Below are positions 12,401-22,660 of a DNA stretch of 64,000 nt, one piece after another. Under the pieces are notes generated by a model. The model searched no databases and had not been told where the DNA came from. It worked only from the letters and a program-made list of their open reading frames with translations. Position 1 is the first letter of the stretch, and every line of letters begins with the position of its first letter. A program made the position numbers and the translations under genes. Origin of the DNA: Malacoraja senta (lineage: Eukaryota); NCBI GenBank assembly GCA_038087875.1, contig CM075988.1, positions 15,500,001 to 15,564,000 of the forward strand. The letters are read 5' to 3'.

Positions 12401-15400
12401 ACTTCAAAATAATGAACAAAATTAGTGAACAGTCGTTTAAAACAGATGTGCACAGGAACTTCTCACTGAGGGTGGTGAATCTCTGGAGTTCTCTATTAAA
12501 GAGGGTTGTCATGATGTGATAATTGGGTGTATTTACAAGTAGAAATAGAAACATTTTCAAAAGTTCAGGGAAACGGGATCTTTGAGGAAGTGGCACAACA
12601 GAGGAGATGAGTCCAGGGACAGGTCAGCCATGATCATATTGAATGGTGGACCATGCTTCTATCTGCTCATGTTCTTAACCAGGAAGTGAACTTGAAATCT
12701 GATATCCCCTCCTAGGCAGAGGTGCAGTTGATCGGTTTAGGGGCAGAAATCAATTATAAAAATGAAAAATGATTAATGAACAATTGCAGTGAGAACAACT
12801 TAATATCAAAGAGCAGATCTGGTGAGGATATGTCCTCGGATGTGACCAAAGTCCATTCAGGCAATGAACAGTGAACGACAGATGGCGCAATGGGCTAAGT
12901 GTTCGGCTGGCAACCGGAAGGTAGCCGGTTCGAATCCCGCTTGGAGTGCATACTGTCGTTGTGTCCTTGGGCAAGACACTTCACCCACCTTTGCCTGCGT
13001 GTGAATGTTGATATGTTGATCGGTTTAGGGGCAGAAATCAATTATAAAAATGAAAAATGATTAATGAACAATTGCAGTGAGAACAACTTAATATCAAAGA
13101 GCAGATCTGGTGAGGATATGTCCTCGGATGTGACCAAAGTCCATTCAGGCAATGAACAGTGAACGACAGATATCAACATATGGATATGGATAATTCTCTG
13201 TAAAGCACTTTGGTTTCAAGTGATTTGATTGAAAAGTGCTATATAAATACAAATATTATTATTATTATTATTATTATAGTTTCTCCCCTTTCTTGCTCTT
13301 GTGTTGTAAGAATAGTTTTAGTTTAGCTTTTGTTTTATTTTATTTTTAGCTTTAATTTAGTTTCCCTCCTTTCTTACTCGTGATGCAAGTATATAGACCT
13401 CAAGTCAATCTTTACATTTATCTTGACAGATATAATATGATCCTCTTACAGGCAGCTGTTTCAATGGCAAATTAGCTGCGAGTTGAGCCACAGTTTGCAA
13501 GTATGCCCTGAAGTTAGGGGTTGCCCAGGCAACTTAAGAATCACATCCGCCAATGATAAATGATAAGCAAAGCCCTACAGCTACACATAAAACATTCTTC
13601 AGATTGAAATTTATTCAGTATATAATCCCTGAAGGTGCAAAAATGTTACATATGGCCTATATTGTTCCATACATTTACCCAATCATGCACATATGAAAGA
13701 TTTAATTGTAGACAGATATACAAGAAGTTACTCCAGCACTTTTTTTGAAATACAAAAAGTTCTCATGGAAAAAGATCTAAAAAAAAATCCATCACTGAAG
13801 ATTCAGAAAAATGCCATTATTCAATTAAATGCCACTTGGATTCCCTCAGCTATGATGCAAGCAAAACATAATGCCTTAACAGAAAAACAATACAGTACAA
13901 GTGTTCATCTTTTGGCACAGGAGATAACTTGTAGTTAAAATACACCACAGAACATGCAAAGACATTAAGGAACGTTCCCAGCACCAAAATGTAGCAGCCA
14001 TCATTAAAAAATACATCAATTGCAAACTCTGTCCAAATCGTACAACTGGATTTGCTTCATTAAAAAAAAGTTATGTCCGGAAACTATAATATAGTGACCT
14101 TTACTGAACTATGGGAGCCAGTATTTTTCAAAAGTCTGAAAATATTTGGATGTGTATCCTTAATTAATATCCTCCAGTGAGCTTTATGGTGTACCATTTC
14201 TCCTCAAGGAGTATCTATGCAGTGCCATTAAGGGTCAGGCCTGCTGCAAATGATCGGTTAGCACCTCTGACCAACAAACAGGGTTCTCTGTTACATGAGT
14301 TAGCATAAGACATCCGCAAGCATAGGTGTACAAGAAACCACCATTGCCTGGGAGGAAACTGTGACAAAAGGAGAATATTTCAGATAGAAAAAGAGTTTGG
14401 GTCTGTAGTTGAGTTTGACATGTTCCTGAGCTTTCATCACAAGGCATGCCGTCAACATCCTGACCACCAAATGGGGACCTTCCTCATCTCCTGTATTATA
14501 ATAACTAAAGTATTATTATAACTATTACAACTAATAGTTGCAAGCCCACAAAGGAAATATTCTTGTTCTGCATGGACAGAGCAACATTAGGAGATGCGTT
14601 TGTTCACAAGTCACTGTACAACTTTTCAGAGGGTGAGTTCATCTCTGAAGGATCCCCATTGAATTTGTACCATTTGTGAGCATTTGGTCCAATGCTTGAC
14701 CGAGGTCATTGCATTAACAGGCAGACCGAGGGTATATGTGTATGAAAGAATTGCAGATGCTGGTTTAAATCGAAGGTAGACACAAAATGCTGGAGTAACT
14801 CAGCAGGACAGGCAGCATCTCTGGAGAGAAGGAATGGGTGACGTTTTGGGTCCAGACTCTTCCTCAAACTGTCTCGACCCGAAACGTCACCCATTCCTTC
14901 TCTCCAGAGATGCTGCCTGTCCCGCTAAGTTACTCCAGCATTTGTGTCTACCGAGGGTATACGTGTTGTGTTCACATCACTCAAGTCACATTTGGATCCT
15001 TCTTAGAAGTGCCTCATCCTTCAAGGCAAGTGAAATCCAGGGAGATGTGTCACTGAATCTTGAACTCAGAGAAGGTGAACAGCTTTTTTTTGAAAGCCTT
15101 GTCTGATTACATCCCCGGGATCATTCCCAACAGAGACTGGGATATCAGTCCTGGAATGGCCAGGACAATGGTGGAGAGCTGGCAACACACAAGCCCACCG
15201 ATGTGAAGTTAAGGGAGAGATTGATGGTAATCTCTAAAGCACTGGACCCTACACAGTGGCACTTCACAAAACTCGCACATGAAGGAGGTCTCCACTGATC
15301 TCCCGGACGCGGTTTTGCGCTTGCATCTCGAGCAATCCCGGCACACTTTCTTGCGCCCCTCTATCTTCACCATGTTGTGCGCTCTGGCATTGCTGAAACC

Positions 15401-18400
15401 CGCCTGGTATCTAGTTTCTGCCGACTAGGACAGCCTGCCCTTCCTGCTCCCTCCCGCAGAGTAATCCCCACGGAGCATCTTGGCCAGAGCCGTCCTGAAG
15501 TTGAGGTGGTCATAGCGGTTGGGGAGCGGTGGGTCGTGAGATGACCTCTTGAAGATAAGCCAGGCATTGACGATGGTAATATTCAATGAAAACCACAAAA
15601 GACATCTCCACCACTTTTTGGAAGGACGGCCCACAGGATAATAGCTCCTCATTTGATCAGAAAGATCAACACCGCCCATGTACTTATTATACTCAGTGAC
15701 CACCTGAGGTTTGATCACCCCCGAGCTGGCAATCATCTTGGTCCCTTGATTGTTTGAAAGCGTGACTACTTGTCGCTTGTCCTTCCAAATGGTTAACAAC
15801 AACGATCCCTTCTGAAAGAACCGAACGTCGCCCTGTCTCTTGAGCTTCATCTTCTTGGCTTGTGCGGGGATGCCTTTGCGGTTGAGGTGTGCGGTGGAGC
15901 ATGCCCTCGTCCCTCGCTCCTCCAGGTGCTCCAGCAGAACGGGGCTAGCGAAGAAGCGGTCAAAGTACACGTGGTGATGGCGGTGGAAGTAGGGGCGACA
16001 CAGCTCCATCACCACGTCGTGTCCGGTGCCGTGTGGCGACACCGACCTCCGCCGCCCCGTGTACACGTTGAAGTTCAGGCAGTAGCCCGTGACAGATTCG
16101 CACAGCATCCACACTTTCACACCCCACTTTGTCGGCTTGGCCGGGGCGTACTGCTTGAAATACAGCCGCCCTTTGTAAGCCACCATGCCCTCGTCCACAC
16201 TCAGGTCACGGCTCGGACGGTAACATTGGCCAAAGAGGCCGCGCACCACCTCCATCAGGCCTCGGACTTTGTACACTGGGTCGTGGTCGGGGTCCGATCT
16301 GTCGAGGGCGCCCCTGTTGTCCCGGAGGTGGAGATACTGATTTAGTTTCCAAAACCTGTCCCTGGACATGACAGAAGAGATCCATGGGCAGCGGAGGGAG
16401 GTGTCTTGGCTCCAGTACAGGGAGATGCGAGGCAGTTGCTTGATGCCCATCATGATGTTGATGGCCAGGAAAGCCTTGATTTCCTGGGACTCTGTGGGGG
16501 TCCAAGAGGAATCCCTTTTGCCTGCTTTCTCTTGGCACTGGGCAGCGTAGCGATTGGTTTCCACGGCTATGGTGTCGAACACGGTGTGTGGCCAGAGTAA
16601 CGTGAAGTAATCCAGTGGGCTGGCAGTGGCTGGAAGCTGGTGCTGAGGGCCGCTAGGTTCAGTGAAGGGCGGTACATGAATATCTTCTAGATCAGTGGTC
16701 CACTCTACACCCTGATGCCCATCTGCCTCGTTCCCAATGGACAATTCTCTCTCTCCACGTCCAATATCCTCAGAAGTCCTCACATCGCTCTCAGATTCCA
16801 TTACAATTTTAAAGAAGACGGTCAATTGGACTTTTCTTCCCCCAAACCCCAAAACGTTTGGTTCATTGATAGAACACATACAATGTTCGAAAATACCGCG
16901 CTGTGGGGATAAAAAGATGTTATAGTCAAAACGCGTATTTGATCTTTTCAATGGTGCCATGCTAGTAACCAGCGTCCAAACTGACAGAACCAGCTTACCA
17001 GTTTACGTCTAAAGAAGGGTCCCACCCGAAAATATATATTTTTCTCCATAGATACTGCTCGATCCATTGAGTTACGCCAGCACTTCGTGTCTATCTATCT
17101 ACGACAGACTTGCTGGCATTTCATTTAGAAATCTGCGAGCTACCAAATCCCACTGCAACAGTACTTCAGTACCCCAATCCCCTCAATATGGGGAAATGTC
17201 GCTAGCCTGAGGAATGCTGCAATTTTTTCTCTCGTTCATCTCAGCGAATTGCGGAATATCTTCGGTTAGAAATGCAATAAACTCACGCGGCAGCAATGGA
17301 AAGGGCAAGCGACGACACAGTGATCACCTGGAACTGGCTGATGCCCTAGTGGAGTCTCCCTCTCGGTTGCGTTTCTTCCCAACTTCGAATATCAATGCTA
17401 AAGTTTTATTTTATACTTTCATCTGCAGCGGGTAATTTGGGGAGGTCAAGATTAAGTTCTGCCTCAATGGCCTAAGATCATTGGTCTGACATGTCATCTC
17501 TCTCTCCCACAGATGCTGCCTGACCTGTTGTGTATTGACAGCACTTTGTGTTTAAAACTGTGATCAAATTGACCATGTTTGGTCTGATAGAAACATAGGT
17601 ATAGAAAATAGGTACAGACGTCGGCCATTCGGTCCTTCGAGCCATTCAATATGATCATGGCTGAACAACCAAAATCAATACCCCGTTCCTGCTTTCTCCC
17701 CATATCCCTTGATTCCGTTAGCCATAAGAGCTATATCTAACTCTCTCTTGATTCATGGATAGATTTTATGGGGTTCAAATCAATGACTTTCATTGTGGTG
17801 GGTCTGTCCTGGCCGTGGGTCGGTACATACCGAGAGAACTGAGGAAGAATCTGTAAGGTCTGATTCTATCAATAAAGCTCTGTCAAGTTTGTGATGAACG
17901 ATCTGTTGCAACGCATTAACAGGGACATTATGAAGCGGGACTGTCTTTGTGATACAATAATCCGTCTACAATGCCAAAACCAATATCACTTACTTCAATG
18001 TTTGTGTCACACTGTGTTACAAATGGTCCCAATTCTTGGCAATAACGTGGCAAACTACTTTACCTCTAAATCGCAGTATCCAGCACAGGGCACAATCGCC
18101 CGATGTTCTCCACAGACGCTGCCTGGCCGCTGAGTTACCCCAGCACTTTCTGTAAACCAGTATTTGCAGTTCTTTGATTTTGCAACAGCCCGGAGTTCAG
18201 CCGGACTCGTTCTGACTCGGTAACCGGTGAATTAACCGATGCCAGGCTCGTGTACAAATATAAAGGGTCTCGACCCGAAACATCGCCAATCTCTTTTCTC
18301 CAGAGATGCTACCTGACAAACTTTCTATGTCCTTTCGCCCAGCTCACACCTCAGTCACAGGGCAACTGTTCCCCAAGACGCAGTCAACAACTGATATCCC

Positions 18401-19513
18401 CAAAAGTTAGGGAAACGAGAATATAAACGTTGCCTTTATTTCACGCATTTTAAAATATTGCTTAGCATCTGTAATAAAATATGGCTCTTTGGTGACTTTT
18501 TGCAGAGTGGGAGAGAGAATAACTGAGAGCTGCAACTGTGAAAGGACCAAGCATTCTTGAAATCTGGATGGGGAAGGTGGAGTGGGGAGGGGGGTTAAGA
18601 GTTGAGGAGAGGAAAGGAGATAAGAGGGGAGGAGAGGGGGAGGGAAGCGGAGTTGAGAGATGGGGAGAGAAGTGGAGTGAGATGAGAGGATAGAAGAAGG
18701 GAGGGGTGGGGAGTGGAGAGGAGCGGGGCAGGGGGAGGGGGATGGGGGGGAGAGGGGGAGGGAAAGGGGAGGGGTTGAGGGTGGCGGTTTTGCGCGTGTG
18801 CATCGGGCGGCTCTCCGGAGCATTGGGGAGGTGGTGCCCGCAGCCGGTCCCGGAGCGCCCGGCACAGGGCGGCACGGGCCGTGTGCGCAGGGAATGGGTT
18901 AGAGACCAAGAACCGGGGAACCAGCGGGACTAAGTATTGAGTTAAAACTAAACTCTCAATTGCAAATAGTTTAATAGCTGCAGATATTATACATATTGCA
19001 ATTGACACCTGCGGCATTTGCTGTTCTTATACAGCAAAACCGCAAGGACAAGCTGCTGGCTTGCTCTACTTTGTAAGAAATATTTTAACTCAAAGCATGT
19101 ATTTTGTCAGGTAGCAACTGAAATTATAAGACAGATCCGGGGTCATGCAATCCAGGCACAATATTGAAATATGTTTGCAGTTTCTAAAATAAAAATCATA
19201 ATTTACAGAACATAAAAAAACATTTCTATATGCGTTGGGAAAATACTACTTAACAACTGTAGTTTGTGTTTTAAACCGTACAGTCTGTAAAGAAATCGGA
19301 CCAACTATTGTTATCAACCTAGCGTGCATGTAGGGGTTTAAAAAGTGATTAATTTATAGCTCAGAGGTTTGCTCAGGTCTGGTTACTGCTTCATTCGCCC
19401 AAGTTGTCGATCTCACTCGTACATTTATGTCAAGGACTTGCTCCGAAAGATTTTAGTTTGCCTTTAAGCGGCCCTACAACTAACTAGTGGCAAAAATATA
19501 TATCCCCCCCCCC

Positions 19514-19551
<38 letters not shown>

Positions 19552-20073
19552 GGAACCAAATATCAATCTTTTCACTTTCCAACCCTTGCATAAAATTGTT
19601 TGTCCCCCTCCTTCAAAGCAATCTCCAAATTAACGCGAAAATAGGAATTCGATCGCATTTGCTGTTGGTTCGCGTTCACCTGCCAAGCCGGAGTCTACAT
19701 TCAACGCTATGTATATATTGTTACCGCTAAAGCGAATAAACAGCCTGCCTCGTTGGCCGCTAATTTAGCGTTACAATTTCAGGGCAAAGATTTATTACAA
19801 AATATATATTCGTAAATACTAGTTGTGGAGTATTGACAGTGAATACTGACAAGTATAATTACTAATAGTAATTTTAATAAGGATCCCATTAACATTCGGC
19901 TGTATTTGTGTCGGTCCACTTACTGAAGTTAAAGCATAGCAGTTTGATATTTTGTTTAATTAATTGCAAACTCCCCCCCCCCCCCCCCAGAGTATAAACC
20001 TTTTGATATTGATCTTACCGAAGAGCAAGATTGTCGCGCCTATCGCGAACACGAGGTTCCTGTAAAACTGCAT
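6421..20073 (-). CDS. T-cell surface glycoprotein CD3 gamma/delta chain (6 coding exons, 166 aa)
   Basis: Exons 20073-20019, 12054-12034, 10674-10483, 10120-9998, 8502-8456 and 6483-6421, all GT-AG and phase-compatible (501 nt). Protein: signal peptide MQFYRNLVFAIGATILLFGFS, Ig domain (C...W...DTGEYTC), CKNC stalk motif, TM with acidic Asp (GIVIGDLIAT), SDEQHLV motif, single ITAM YQDL-x8-YSQL. No proline-rich motif, so gamma/delta type rather than epsilon. Confidence 0.9.
7177..7337. mobile_element. Penelope-type palindromic short element with 15-bp TSD
   Basis: TSD tttaatcaaaatgaa at 7162 and 7338; contains CTGAAGA...GAAACGTC. Confidence 0.78.
8456..8502 (-). CDS. CD3 gamma/delta exon 5
   Basis: ASDEQHLVPHNNDLYQ, resembling mammalian CD3G ASDKQTLLPNDQLYQ; cttttcttccag acceptor, CAG|GTAAGG donor. 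Confidence 0.9.
8575..9610 (-). mobile_element. Rex1/Babar-type LINE RT remnant
   Basis: RPVAQTSTIMKCFDRL, YVRLLCIDYSSSFNTI. Confidence 0.75.
9998..10120 (-). CDS. CD3 gamma/delta exon 4 (CxxC stalk and transmembrane)
   Basis: LCKNCVQLDANTISGIVIGDLIATVFIALAIYCVASSKGRK; the donor G|GTTACC is weak but in the required phase. Confidence 0.88.
10483..10674 (-). CDS. CD3 gamma/delta exon 3 (Ig-like domain)
   Basis: VIKEESGGIIMKCPIVGEWEKDG...DTGEYTCTVGQKRSTAFVFVK; acceptor gtccccctcag, donor C|GTAAGT. Confidence 0.9.
12034..12054 (-). CDS. CD3 gamma/delta exon 2 (21-nt microexon, GFSQEMI)
   Basis: Strong acceptor (ttttctcaatttctttctatttag) and donor (G|GTAAGC); phase 1-1; completes the signal peptide cleavage site. 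Confidence 0.7.
12727..13171 (+). repeat. Exact 157-bp direct duplication (12727-12883 and 13015-13171)
   Basis: Read directly from the sequence. Confidence 0.95.
12875..13278 (+). mobile_element. tRNA-derived CORE-like SINE with (ATT)n tail, interrupted by a local duplication
   Basis: A box (gatggcgcaatgg), B box (ggttcgaatcc), CORE-like gtgtccttgggcaagacacttcacc, tail tgtaaagcactttg...aaaagtgctatataa(att)n. Confidence 0.7.
13610..13615 (-). terminator. Candidate polyA signal of the nested piggyBac transcript
   Basis: AATAAA on the minus strand followed by GU/U-rich sequence (tgttttatgtgtagctgt), about 1.6 kb downstream of the transposase. Confidence 0.35.
14742..14949. mobile_element. Penelope-type palindromic short element with 17-bp TSD
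   Basis: TSD accgagggtataYgtgt at 14725 and 14950. Confidence 0.8.
15209..15424 (-). pseudogene. piggyBac C-terminal cysteine-rich domain, in frame behind a TAG stop
   Basis: After TAG (15425-15427) the same frame stays open for 71 codons: SAETRYQAGFSNARAHNMVKIEGRKKVCRDCSRCKRKTASGRSVETSFMCEFCEVPLCRVQCFRDYHQSLP*. Confidence 0.85.
15425..16960 (-). CDS. piggyBac-family DDD transposase (PGBD4-like), 511 aa ORF nested in CD3 intron 1
   Basis: piggyBac motifs with all three catalytic Asp: DLSVDEGMVAYKG, KPTKWGVKVW, VYFDRFFAS, YNKYMGGVDLSDQ, plus KKWWRCLL. The true start may be MESESD at 16802. Confidence 0.93.
   Translation of the reverse strand: MAPLKRSNTRFDYNIFLSPQRGIFEHCMCSINEPNVLGFGGRKVQLTVFFKIVMESESDVRTSEDIGRGERELSIGNEADGHQGVEWTTDLEDIHVPPFTEPSGPQHQLPATASPLDYFTLLWPHTVFDTIAVETNRYAAQCQEKAGKRDSSWTPTESQEIKAFLAINIMMGIKQLPRISLYWSQDTSLRCPWISSVMSRDRFWKLNQYLHLRDNRGALDRSDPDHDPVYKVRGLMEVVRGLFGQCYRPSRDLSVDEGMVAYKGRLYFKQYAPAKPTKWGVKVWMLCESVTGYCLNFNVYTGRRRSVSPHGTGHDVVMELCRPYFHRHHHVYFDRFFASPVLLEHLEERGTRACSTAHLNRKGIPAQAKKMKLKRQGDVRFFQKGSLLLTIWKDKRQVVTLSNNQGTKMIASSGVIKPQVVTEYNKYMGGVDLSDQMRSYYPVGRPSKKWWRCLLWFSLNITIVNAWLIFKRSSHDPPLPNRYDHLNFRTALAKMLRGDYSAGGSRKGRLS
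17589..17750 (-). mobile_element. HER1/CR1 3'UTR fragment
   Basis: Matches the 3' end of the other HER1 copies in the window. Confidence 0.75.
18560..18780. repeat. Purine-rich (G/A) low-complexity tract
   Basis: About 220 bp of almost only G and A with many G runs. Confidence 0.9.
19504..19549. repeat. (C)n(CA)n microsatellite
   Basis: Read directly. Confidence 0.95.
20019..20073 (-). CDS. CD3 gamma/delta exon 1 (signal peptide)
   Basis: ATG...MQFYRNLVFAIGATILLF(G), 55 nt, phase-1 donor G|GTAAGA. Confidence 0.8.
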
Positions 20074-20340
20074 CTTTCCGATCCCTTTGGAGAGGAAAAA
20101 ATCAAGGCAATGAGTTTATTTTAAAAGACTGTAATCTTAAATTTCGCAGACTAAATGTGATGCTCAGACTGTGACTTCTCCTGGGGTTGAGGAGGCGCTG
20201 TGTGCCGCAGAATCCCCTTCAGATAAACAACAGGAACCCGCGAGGTGTAGACACGAGGAACTTCACACAAACCGTGAGGACTCGGCGAGTCGCGGTTCTA
20301 CGACAGACGTCATAATGGCAGTCGCATCTGCTTTAAGGAA
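20074..20340 (-). promoter_or_regulatory. Putative CD3 gamma/delta 5'UTR and TATA-less promoter
   Basis: CpG-enriched unique sequence directly upstream of exon 1, with several GGAA (ETS-like) cores and a CRE-like GACGTCA near 20306. Confidence 0.4.
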
Positions 20341-20619
20341 CATTAACACTACATTCTTGAAGTTCTGATTCTTTTGAATTTAAGGCATCTTTAACGCATG
20401 CCACCAATACAGGCCAGACACAAAGTGCTGGAGTTATTCAGCGGGTCAGGCAGCATCTCTGGAGAAAAAAGGATGGGTGCCGGGCACCCTTCATGCTGCC
20501 CGATCCACTGAGTTACTCCAGCACTTTGTGTCTATCTTTGGTATGAACCAGCATCTACAGTTCTATGTTTCTACATCTCAGGCACACGGTGTTCAATATT
20601 CTTGGCCTTACAGACACCA

Positions 20620-21135
20620 TAGAATCAGAGTGGAAACAAGCCTTTCAGCCCAATTTGTCCATGCCGAGCAAGGTATCGAACTAAGGTCGGCCCATTTGCC
20701 AGCGATTGAGCCATATCCCTTTAAACCTTTCATATTCATTTACCTGTCCAAATGACTTTCAAAATGTCGTTATTGTACTTGTGTCAACCACTTCCGCTCT
20801 TCCACACCGTACCACCCTGGTGTGGAAATGCGGCCCATCAGGCTCTTATTAAATCTTTCCCCTCAGACTTTAAATCCTCGCCGTTTAGTTCTTGATTCCA
20901 CAACCTCGGGTAAAAGGATGTGTGCCTTCAACTGTTCTATGCTCCTCGTGATTTTATGCACCTCTGAAAGATCACCCTCAGTCTCCTACCCTCCAAGGAA
21001 TAAAGTCCCAGCCTGCCCAATCTCCCCCTTTTTACTTGGTCCCTTGACTCCTGGCAACATCTAAATCTTTTCTACACTCTTTCCAGCTTCATGGCATCTT
21101 TCCTGTGGCTCGCTGGGTGACCAAAACTGAACACC
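20620..21135 (-). mobile_element. Older CR1 LINE 3' fragment
   Basis: Degenerate RT C-terminus and CR1 3'UTR. Confidence 0.65.
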
Positions 21136-21199
21136 AATATGGGGAGAGCCAAGAATGGAAGAATGTTTATCAAGGACAGAAAAGCAGCCAGCACTGATT

Positions 21200-22660
21200 G
21201 GAAGGGGAGCTTTGAGGAATTCCACAACCTTGGAGTTTGCCCCTGTTACACCTGTCCATTAGACTATCTCATAGTAAATTATCCAGTCCCACCTCACCGC
21301 CATCCCTGACCAACAATTAGCTGAAAACACCACACACCCCATGAGACTGTTTGACGTTCTCGGGAGCTTCACTGCTGAAGTGATAAAACTTGCTGGAGAT
21401 GAAATTCAACGACATATTCACATCTTGATCTCTCGCATCTGGGGAGATGAGATAATGCCAGGGGATTCCAGGGATGTCAATGACCATATGAGCTTTAATG
21501 GTAATGGTGATTGAACGGTATTGTCTGCCACAAGGTAAGTCATTGTAAGAGATCTTGTCAATTGCCTCCTCCTAGTGGCTAAAGATCGGTTCACCAGTGG
21601 TGAGAACTGCAGGATGCTGCACTAATTACTTGACATAGTGTTTAATGACCTCATAAAAGCTTTTCACCTGGTTGGTCGAGAAGGACTGTTTGGCATCCTC
21701 ATATTTAGCTGGCCACGGAAATTTCTCTTAATTTTAACTGCTTTATCTCGGCTTGCAAGTCGTGATTTTAGCGAATGGTTCCACAATAAACCCAATTTCA
21801 CTGTAGAGTGGTGTTAGGCAAGGTTGCATCACAGTCCCAAAACTTTGGGTTGTAATTTCTTGCTACAATACCGCCCTTTGTCTCCAACAAGCTCGCTGGT
21901 GGAGAGGAACTAATCGACAGGACATTCAGGAAATCTTTCAATCTACTCACCTCCACTCATAGAGTCACACTGCATGGAAACAGGCCCTTCGGCCCAACTT
22001 GCCCACACTCTAGCTCAGTTGTTGAGTTGCAATACATCGACAACTCTGGGACATGTGCATGTTCAGAGGCAGAGCTTCAAGTCGTAACTGACTCACTCAC
22101 AAATCCAATTGAATGGATGAGCCATACACTTAACCTCAACAGAATAAAGATCCTCTTTCAAACTGTCCCCTATATACAGAACATCACCTGACAATAAAGG
22201 TTCATGATGAGACACTGGAAAATGTGGACCACTTCTCACCATCTTGAGAGCCATTTCCCAACAAATACAGGCAGTAATCTGGACATCATCATCAGCGATC
22301 ACCAGCACAATCTTTGGCTGTTGGAGAGTGTATGAAGATCAAGATCTCAAACTGGCAGAATGCTCATGGACTAAATGGCAGCAATGATTCCCACCCTCCT
22401 ACCCACTTATGAGATAAGGCCAACTTTCAATGCTCATCCTAAAGCATTACTGTCTGGGCAAGATTGTCCAATCTACTGTAGGTGGGTAAGATAAGCAGCA
22501 ACAATGTACCCTACCCTTCCTGACCAATGCCACAGCATTGAAACTTTAGTCACACTCAAAGTTGAGTCTGATGGGCAGGCCATTTCATTTGTCGGCTGAA
22601 CATCATTCACAAACCAGATACTCAACTCCAGATGAAATGTTCAAGTCTGACAACAAAGCC
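21200..22660 (+). mobile_element. Degraded RTE-type LINE
   Basis: Frameshifted RT motifs FNDLIKAF...REGL and GVRQGC. Confidence 0.55.

Noticed and set aside
12880-12950. tRNA gene
   Set aside because: The tRNA-like head continues into a SINE core and tail, and no complete acceptor stem is evident.
15425-15427. Programmed readthrough or selenocysteine at the transposase stop
   Set aside because: The stop is UAG, not UGA, and the downstream context matches no known strong readthrough motif.
15860-16600. Plus-strand and alternative-frame ORFs over the transposase
   Set aside because: Shadow ORFs caused by the GC-rich codon usage of the real frame.
18407-19017. Pro-rich ORFs of 137-152 aa
   Set aside because: Artefacts of the low-complexity purine tract.
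16900-20073. In-frame CD3 signal peptide-transposase fusion protein
   Set aside because: Exon 1 ends in phase 1 and the acceptor at 16900 is phase 0, so the join is out of frame.
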